Shown here: positions 53,501 to 64,000 of the stretch, piece after piece | Position numbering within the stretch: the stretch's first letter is position 1 | Layout: every line of letters begins with the position of its first letter | Made by a program: the position numbers and the translations under genes | The notes under the pieces: generated by a model | Told to the model about the DNA's origin: nothing | The model's input: only the letters and a program-made list of their open reading frames with translations | Databases searched by the model: none | Assembly (NCBI GenBank): GCA_028023455.1 | Contig: JAQFVV010000008.1 | Location: 13,764,001 to 13,828,000, forward strand | Length of the DNA: 64,000 nucleotides | Source: Epiperipatus broadwayi | Lineage: Eukaryota; Animalia; Onychophora | Direction of reading: 5' to 3'

Positions 53501-55575
53501 TGAGTCAGATGTTTATAATATATTTTTCTCTATCCAAATTTTCAGACATATCATCCACTAAACTATATTGCTTATATAATGTTCACAATTATTTGGCTTT
53601 CTTTTTCTTTCTTTAAACATTGTTTTTTTTTTCCATTCTAATCAACTTTTTTTTCAACTCTATTTCAAAATGAGAAAAAGCAACTCAGGCTTTTACTATT
53701 TTCTGAGATTAAATTCATTTATGTGATTATTTTCTCGCTTTGTTAACATTTTCAATCTTTTTCTTAATAACAATTGTAATAATTACTTTGATTCCCTTGT
53801 TATCTTTTGGAATAATCAGTATTTGCTTGCATTTAAAAAAAAAAAATTCTCATTTACTTTCTCTTTGTAAAATACTATAATTCAAACTATACATTATGAC
53901 TTCAGTTGACCATGACCTAGTAAAGACTATTAGTATAATTAAATACAACAATCTTGTAGATTTCTTTGACCTTTTCCTGATTACCTATCATTTTATTGAG
54001 GAGAATATATTAATTTACTAGTGAAGCAAAAACTTTTAGATAACTTTCCACTGCCATTTGAATGCTTACAATTATGTTAGTAAATTCCTTAATAAAGGAA
54101 ATTTTTTTATTAAGTAAGCAGAAATACTTCATTTTTTATTATCTGTTAATTTGAATTCATAATCTAAACAAATATAAAAAAAATTTTCTGGTTTTAATCA
54201 CAATATTATTTTGATTTCTGTTTTTAAAAACTTCCCAAGTTAAAATCTTAGGTCATTTGGATATCTAAGCACATCCAGAAAGGTAAAACTAATGAAACTA
54301 AATAATCAAACAGAAACTTATCACAAATTATAATGACATTTGAATACTGTCAATTCTTTGAAAGGCTTTCCTAGATAGATAAACAAACTCCAGAATAACA
54401 TAAATTAAGTAATTGTAAAATATGATTTATCTCAAAAAATTATGTTCATATTGTATGATAGTAAGATGCATATGCTTCTTTACTGTTAGTGCCATGTGTG
54501 ATAGCCTTCTTTCAGCTGATTCACTTTTTCTAGACTTTGTCATTCTTAATATTTATGATATACATTTATAGTAGTAAATGACATTTATAATCTGTTTTTT
54601 GCATGAAAGTGTCATGATATTTTCTGGCAAAAAGTTTATGATAAAGCACTTTTTATATAAGACAAATAAAAACTCATATTAGATTCTTAAACACAAAACT
54701 TGAGAAAAAGGAAAAGAAAGGAGGCTGGGTCAAATTTTATTGCAATAAAAACTAATAACAATATTTTATATATATTATTATTATATCAATCACATCATTA
54801 GATTAGCTTTTAATTTGTTGTAGTATTTTTATTATATATTTAAATGCCAAAAATATCTGTAGTTCCTTTATAATTGAGATCATAAAAAATATATACCAAT
54901 GTAATGTGAGATCTACATTATTGAATAAACAAATTAGCATTTGAATTCAAAAATCTTAGGGTGTTTCAATGCATTTAAAGCCATAGTATAATAGAACAAT
55001 AATGTATTAAGAGATGAAAAAGATAACAAGGGGATGCTATGTCCAATATAGTGTTCCCCATTATTATTATTAACCATTGTTGATAATATATATCATTCAT
55101 CCTATCTTTAGTTTCTAAATAAATTGATAATATAACAGTCTGACAATGACATTTCTCAGATAGATAAATCCAATTAAATATAAATTTTTTTTTTATTTTT
55201 TCATTTTTTTTAAAATGACATACATACATACATTTCATTTTTAAAATTAAAATACGTATTAATATAAAAAGAAAAAAAATGCATGCTCTCTGGACAAAAA
55301 CTTGTAAATCGTTCCAAAACTATCATATAACACTAAAATTATGAATCAATTTCACATTATGAAAGCAGGAAATATAATTCCTACAAGAATTTTAAATGAC
55401 AGTCTACATCAGATATAAAAAATAAAGCATACATTTAATAACATTTTATAATATATACTTCATCTAATTAAATAAGCTAAGTGCTAAAACTAATATTTAC
55501 ATATCTTTACTATAATTTAATTTTTCATTATTTTCATATATTGATAATAATGATGGTTACAATGATAATAATAAT

Positions 55576-56457
<882 letters not shown>

Positions 56458-56463
56458 TCAATT

Positions 56464-58261
56464 CATTTATTTACCGTACAAAACTACAGCATAAAGCCAA
56501 TTACAGTATTGCACCATAACAAATATATAAATACATAAATGAGTTTAAATGACAAATTATTAATATAATTATGTGCCATATTTCAATAAAAGATAATTAA
56601 CACATTTAAAAATCTAAAGTAAAATTAAATATCAGCATATAAACAATTATTATTAAAACATTAATAATAACAAATAAATAAAAGGGATAAATATAAAGCG
56701 CGTAACAAAATAATAATAATAATAAAACAATTTAACATATATATATATAACAAAATCAAGTTAAACCAATCAAATATGACATTTAAATTTAATAACATAA
56801 CAAAATTGATTATAATCTAAATTGAAGTAATTATTATTACTACAAATCTGATTATATAAATATGGCAGTCTAAATAAAGGAGAAAATCTAAGAACATTGG
56901 AATGACAAGTTTTAATGTAACAAACAGAAGCAGACCGAGTATCATGCACATGAGATCTAATTACAACAGTAGAAATTGTGTCAGATAAAAGAACTATTTT
57001 ATTAACAAGTTTATAAAGATATTTAAGATCTCTATATTGTCTTCTAGAAGAAAGATGAACAACAGTTTTATTTCCCAAAGAAACATATTTAAAAAACTTA
57101 TTACTCACTGATTGTAATAAGTTACATCCCTGTTTAGAGCTAGGATTCCAAATGACTGAACAATATTCAATGATGGGAAGAACCAATGATAAAAATAATT
57201 TAAATTTTGTATCACCACTGAAATGATGACCAAACCTTAGAATAGTACCTATAATTTTTAAAGCTTTACCAATAATCATTTCCAAATGAGGAAGAAAGGA
57301 TCCATTACTAGAAAATATAACTCCCAAATCTTTTTGGGATTCAACAGAAATAATTTTGTGACAATTAATAAAATAAGAAAAATGCAAAACTTCAGATTTT
57401 TTAGAATACGAGACTAAGGAACATTTACTGAAATTAACAATCATATTATTTAAATCACACCAAGCACTAAAATTATCTATATCCTTTTGAAGAAGAGTGC
57501 AATCAAACACAGATGTGATTCTTCTAAAGATTTTACAGTCATCTGCATAGCACAAAAGATAAGAAGATTTTAAGCAATCCTTAAGGTCATTCATATAAAT
57601 GTTAAAAAGCATAGGTGCTAAAATACTACCCTGAGGAACTCCAAAATTACATTTAAACTTAGATGAAATAGTATTATTAAATTTAATATATGCAGTACGA
57701 CCATGAAGAAAGGATTGAAACCAATAAACAAGCTTAGTAGAAAAACCCATTTGATATAATTTGCGAAGAAGAATACTGTGGTCTACTTTATCAAAAGCTT
57801 TTGATAAATCAAAATAAACAACATCAAGTCTCTGCTGGTCCTCAATTGCATGAGCTATATGATCATAAATTGTTAACAAATTAGTTTCTACGGATCTATT
57901 AGGTATAAAACCATGCTGTGAAGAAGAAATGAGTTTACTAACATCTAAAATAATTTTATTATAAACACACCTCTCAAAAATTCTAGCAATAGTATGTAAA
58001 ACAGAAATAGGTCTATAGTTATTAAGACAATCACGTGAACCATTCTTAAAAATTGGGACCATTTTGGCACACTTAAGCACATTAGGAAAAACACAAGAAT
58101 TCAGTGATAAATTAAAAATAAATGCAAGAGGAACTGCAATAAATTCAGCTAGCCCTTTGTAAATAAATGAAGGAACACTATCAATTCCCAAACTAGAATG
58201 AATTTTAAGTCGCTTAATAGCCATAACAACATCATCCTTAGAAATATGGTCAATCATCACT
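56464..58261 (-). mobile_element. 5'-truncated non-LTR retrotransposon (L2/CR1 superfamily): RT, 3' UTR and terminal stem-loop
   Basis: Open RT frame, AT-rich 3' UTR ending AATAAATG, and a 10-bp direct repeat TAATTCAATT at 56454-56463 and 58262-58271 (candidate TSD). Confidence 0.9.
56770..58260 (-). CDS. Reverse transcriptase domain of a LINE ORF2 (uninterrupted 496 codons, endonuclease lost by truncation)
   Basis: YRPISVL, QHGF, YFDLSKAFDKVDH, GVPQGSILAP, YADD (57538-57549), DLGVIF, LPIIEYCSVIWNP. Confidence 0.93.
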   Translation of the reverse strand: MMIDHISKDDVVMAIKRLKIHSSLGIDSVPSFIYKGLAEFIAVPLAFIFNLSLNSCVFPNVLKCAKMVPIFKNGSRDCLNNYRPISVLHTIARIFERCVYNKIILDVSKLISSSQHGFIPNRSVETNLLTIYDHIAHAIEDQQRLDVVYFDLSKAFDKVDHSILLRKLYQMGFSTKLVYWFQSFLHGRTAYIKFNNTISSKFKCNFGVPQGSILAPMLFNIYMNDLKDCLKSSYLLCYADDCKIFRRITSVFDCTLLQKDIDNFSAWCDLNNMIVNFSKCSLVSYSKKSEVLHFSYFINCHKIISVESQKDLGVIFSSNGSFLPHLEMIIGKALKIIGTILRFGHHFSGDTKFKLFLSLVLPIIEYCSVIWNPSSKQGCNLLQSVSNKFFKYVSLGNKTVVHLSSRRQYRDLKYLYKLVNKIVLLSDTISTVVIRSHVHDTRSASVCYIKTCHSNVLRFSPLFRLPYLYNQICSNNNYFNLDYNQFCYVIKFKCHI

Positions 58262-58276
58262 TAATTCAATTTTATC

Positions 58277-58962
<686 letters not shown>

Positions 58963-61899
58963 GAATAATTACATATCAGATGATGAAAATAACAAAGTTG
59001 AAAATTCTTGAAGTAATTCCAGTAAATGAATTTTACACTCAACATCAACATCTTCTTGAAAAAGCAGCTGCAATGAAAAAAGAAATAAATACATTAAAAA
59101 ATATTGAACAAAGTTATGAATATTTACATCCTAATCAATTATATAAATACTATATTCATCAACTTGTCAGCTTATTGTTTGTTTTTTATTATCATAGGGA
59201 TTAAAAAAACATTTTATTAATGATATTTATGTTTGAAATTTGTTAATAAATTGTTGTTAATAGAACTATATTACTTATTTAGCTGTATCTTACCCTATAA
59301 AACTGGAAAAAAAAATTGAATGAGCAACCAATAATAAAATTTAAATTATTATCTATTCACAGAATTTATTTATGATCTGTAATGATTATAGGCAAAATTT
59401 ATGGATATGCTAATATTGAGGAAAATGTTTTGACAAAATAGATTTAATTCTGTATGTTAAATGATGATAGATTGTAATGCTTCCAATATTACTTTTATTT
59501 ATAATTTAAAAAAGCAATATGTAGAGAATTTAAAAAAAAAAAAATGATACTTTATACATCTGAATTATCTTAGTAAAAAAATTAATTAATGCTCTGTAAT
59601 GGCGTTTTTAGAAAGAAAGAAAAAGTTTATAATTAAAAAAAAATGTATAATATTAATAAAATATCTGAGGATTATATGTATTCTATATCCCTTTTAAAAT
59701 CAATAAATAAAAATAATTAACCATGACATACTTTATATTCCTGCACTAGCTTTACATAAGAAAAACCTCAAGTAGTTAAATAAGTTTATGTTAGTAATAC
59801 ATTACACAAAAGATTTAATGAGACATTTAAAGACTACATGGACAGGTAGATTGGGAAGATTACTGTTTTCACTTTAAAAATACATTATATTCAATATTTT
59901 GCCATAAAATTTCTGTATGGAGAGTTTGCTATTGTTTTCACAGCTTGTGTAAGCATAGAAAATGGTGATCATGTGGTGTTTAGTGGTTTATATCAATTTA
60001 ATCTATCAATCCAGTTTTTAGAATAAAAAAGAAAAAAGGATTAATCTGGTCTAATAATTTAATGAGATTCTGCAATACAATATCATGTTGATAGCAAATC
60101 TATCATATATTCAATAAGTTTTGAATAAAGATATTTTTGATTCCACCTTTTTTAATAGTTCCTGTCATTTTTCTTATAACAATTTGTGTTCTAGTCTATA
60201 ATTTTCAAAATTATCTACAGATACTATTAACCAAACTATTAAAAAAGAAATTGCTTTACAATATCAAGACATAATTTTCATGACTACCAGCCAAATTTTT
60301 TTATTTTAATACGAGTTGTAATTTATTTAAGAAACATACACATATTAAAATAATAATAGTAATAATTTTCATTACAATAAATAAATTAATATATCCATAT
60401 TTTAAAATAAAATTAAAGAAAAAATCATATTTCAGTAAATATTGGTAATAAGATTAAGCAACATAAATGCCATAACTCTATTTTGCTTTTGTTATTCTAA
60501 TCATGATTTTCATTTTTCCCTAAAAAAATAACAAAAAGTTTAAACTGCAATTTTTTAGATATATTTACTGTAATTGATCTTAAAAATTTGGCTTAATTAT
60601 TAAATCGTATAAAATATTTCAAGAAATAAATCAAGTAAAAAAAAATTACTAAATAATCTGACAAAAAAAGTAAAATTAAATTAAAACATTGTTATATGCT
60701 TATTTTTCTATTTTTCACAATAAAATGCTTAATATATTAAAAGTATCCATAGTACTTTTATTATATAATACTTACAATTAATAATGTGAAACGAGAAAAA
60801 CTAATCATTAAGTCTTTTTTTTCACCACTGCACAAAGATATTGTATTTCTATAAAACATAATTTAAATAAATAGAACTTATTGTAAATGTATGTATTCAT
60901 TATTGTAGATGATAACAGATAGACAACTGAAATTTTAAATGGATATGATGTGAAGAAGAGAGATTATGGATTGGAAAAACTTGGTTAAAAATAATGATGA
61001 TGACGATCATATTTATTAATTCAGAATATCTAGGGAAGTAAGCTAAAATATACAAGACCATCAATTAAAGCATTTACATTATTTTTGAAAGTTGAAAAAT
61101 ATTTTTATATATCTTGTCAAATTTACTCAACTACAATATTAAATTTTGACAAATCTTTTTTCAACCTCAAAAAGATGAGAGTAAGTTTTCTTATGGTCAA
61201 TTATGTTTTGGAACTTTGCTTGTTAACTACATATATCTAAAAGAAAAAAATATAGGATCATAGAATAAGTTCCATCATGTTTTTATCTGGAAAGTTCCTT
61301 ATTTCTAAAAATAATGCCTGAAGTTATTTGATGAATACAATTACTTTTCAATAATGAAAATCACTATCTTGATAAATATATATATATATTAATTATCTTA
61401 AATATTAATTTGTAGATTTTGTATTTTTAGTTACATTAAATACTAAATTATCATTGGCTATACTCATTATAACTTTTGCTTAATATAAAATTATATTTTT
61501 TCAAATGAAAAAAAAAAATTTTTTTTAAGTTTTTTACTTTGTAGTTATGGAATTATTAAAAAAATTTTTTAGAAAAATTCAAACTTTATTTATACCTTTC
61601 CAAATACATTTTACTGTTAAAAATAAAACACTGGTTAGTACAAAACGTAACATTCCAAGAACTAATTTTCTCTTTCTTCTTAAAGTATTATTGTCCTGAT
61701 CAGTGAATCTAGCACCAAGATTGAACAGGTCACTTTGACCGATTTATGAATACTAAATTTAAGCTGTCACTTTAATCAATTATGCTAATTTCCAAGATAA
61801 GAGTCAGTAGAAATTTTATATACTTAAGAATCATCCCAATTTCTCAATTTTCCCCTTAAAAACAATATTAATGGTTATGAAAGATAAAATTACTACATT

Positions 61900-62720
61900 A
61901 GGTTGCCATTGTTGTATGAGCAACTTCTTTAAATTTTTGTTCTTTTTATTTTTCATTTCTGCCCAATATTTCCAATCAAACATGTTCACTGGTACATGCA
62001 TGTTTGTTAGTTTTCACATTTTTCTTTCTCTCTATTCTTTTAATCATTTTATGATGGGCAGCTATTTTCACGGGTGCAGTTATTTTTCAGCATTTCAAGT
62101 TAAAGCTTTGTAGAAGCTAGAATTCTTTGCTTTTTTCTATTACTTGAAAAAGTGTTCTAATATTGCATTTTTTATATTGCATTAATTACAAATTTTTCTT
62201 TGTTTGTTTGATATCCCTGATGTATATATGTTACATATTTTTTGTTTGTTTGTTTTTATCTATTTGTGGTTTAATTTAGTACCAGTTTATTGATGTGTTA
62301 TTCTTGAGAGTTTCATCTATGTGAAATTGTTCCTTTTTCAGGTCACTGATTTTTGAACAAACTTTTTTTTGTTCCATAGTGACAGTATAATTCAAGTTTT
62401 TGTATTTCTGTTATGGTTGAATGTATATGCAAAATATTTTTTTGTGTGTTTGGATTTTTTTAGATTTTGTTCATTCACTATTCACTCGAATTTGGAAAAT
62501 GTAACAGTCATCATTTCAGTTAGTCCATAACTTCTCATTTCCTGATGGTGGAATAAATCTAGATTGACTTCTTCCTACAAAGTAGCCTTTTTTACAAGAA
62601 TATTTAAGAATACCAATTTTTGTTCCTGTTCTAATTCTACTATGAATTTAATTGAAATAGATATGTTTTAATGTGTTCCCAGAATGTTTCTAATGGTGTT
62701 TCACAATGTTGCTGTTGTAT
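61900..62720 (-). mobile_element. Second, highly decayed Penelope-like remnant (RT thumb through GIY-YIG C-terminus)
   Basis: Minus strand: ETPLETFWEH; SIKFIVELEQEQKLVFLNILVKK (compare IKFTMESE..QKLAFLDV in the 4.4-6.5 kb element); LKKEQFHIDETLKNN; YTSGISNK; KHACTSEH..W..ILG..E..KEQKFKEVAH. Confidence 0.65.
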
Positions 62721-64000
62721 ACTAAATGTAATACTAAAATGAAGTAATATTTATTAATAATTTTTAATCATTCATTAGACTAGAAAATCCAATAATGAAT
62801 AATATTTCTGTAGTATGCCTACCTCGTGTGAAAGTGCTATAGTGAAAATTATACTACAGAAATATTAGTTATTGAGTAACATTTATGTTTGTATTTCAAG
62901 TGTTCTTTATAAATATTGCTAATTAAGTAAAACAATTATAAACTAATAGATATTCTAGGATTTTTGAAAAAATACATAGATATTCTAGAATTGTTGCTGC
63001 AAAAATAGAGATTGAGTTGAAAATATGTTGTTACTAAACTGTATTAAGAATTCAATTATACCACCAATAGGAAAACTAGTTTTGATTTTTGAACTATTAT
63101 TATTTAATCTTTTTTTACAATAGAAATGCTTCATTGTTAATATTTGTGCATAATCTTTTCACATCAAAGTTTACAAAAATATTAGTTCTTTTTATTTACA
63201 TATTCTTAATTAATGCCACAAAGTTTCTAGAATCCTTAAGGATTAAGAATCTTGAAAAGAAATCTTACCATGGTGAATTTCTAGAATTAAAAATAAGTTT
63301 TAATGTTTAATATGATATATAAAAATTATAGAATCAGTACTTTATAATATTTTCCACCCTGATATCACTTTCAGTTATTAAAATAATTTTTAGAGACAAA
63401 TATTTACAAACTTTAAATTTGAAATAAAAAGATGAGTCCATATGCTAGAACTAATAATTTTAGACTGCATTATAAAAATATCACCTATGAAAGCTTTGTG
63501 GTGCAGATCATTCTACATCATTTTTTTGTTTCACTGGGCATAGTGCTGATTAAATTCATATTATCAATTATTATGCTTTCACATACTTTTTCAATAATTT
63601 CAATATTTCTTTCCACATTAATTAAATGAAGTATCATTTTCCAGATTTTAATATTTATTGCTTTTCATCATTTTTGTTAGTAATAATATTTGTTTCAATT
63701 GCTTTCTTCTATAAAAAAAAAAATATTTTGAAATTTTATAGATTATATTTTTTCTTGCTGACTTCAATCAACTATTCGTCCTTTTATCATTGATAAATAT
63801 TCCATGGAAACAAAAACTGTCAACATTTTTTCTATCTTCATTATCAATTTCAGTTAGCTGCTGTAACTATCATATCATAATCTTTATCTACTTTATACCA
63901 TATTGAATTCTAAACCCATCTTTTCACTAATCTGCTCTACAATATTTCTTATCCAATTATTTTTTTAACTTTTTCATTGTGTTTTCTTAATCACATCTTA

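Noticed and set aside
50530-55480. ORF-like AT-rich stretches
   Set aside because: Frequent stops and no recognisable domain in any frame.

Overview
Very AT-rich eukaryotic (probably invertebrate animal) intergenic or intronic DNA, mostly transposable-element remains. I could not identify any host protein-coding gene. Contents in order: a ~420-bp tandem array carrying minus-strand type I hammerhead ribozymes (1-1007); a decayed Penelope-like element with RT and GIY-YIG (4.4-6.5 kb); a decayed RTE LINE 5' part (8.0-9.3 kb); a ~240-bp foldback palindrome containing a hammerhead-like motif (12.3-12.5 kb); a young full-length Mag-type Ty3/gypsy element with 474-bp LTRs (14624-19606); an internally deleted gypsy element (24.7-26.2 kb); two ~1.45-kb diverged inverted repeats (27.1-28.5 and 33.0-34.4 kb); a hammerhead-like motif with an apparently compensated A3-U8 core (34.5 kb); a CpG-rich promoter-like motif cluster (38.9-39.2 kb); an old Osvaldo/Woot-type gypsy element with ~1.7-1.8-kb LTRs and ATAT TSD (43045-50524); a 5'-truncated L2/CR1-superfamily RT with an open 496-codon frame between very long (AAC)n/(AAT)n arrays (55.6-59.0 kb); and a second Penelope remnant (61.9-62.7 kb). 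The strongest candidates for new biology are the hammerhead motifs (a retrozyme-like array plus a variant-core family) and the microsatellite-embedded LINE. All alignments and counts were done by eye; boundaries of decayed elements are approximate.
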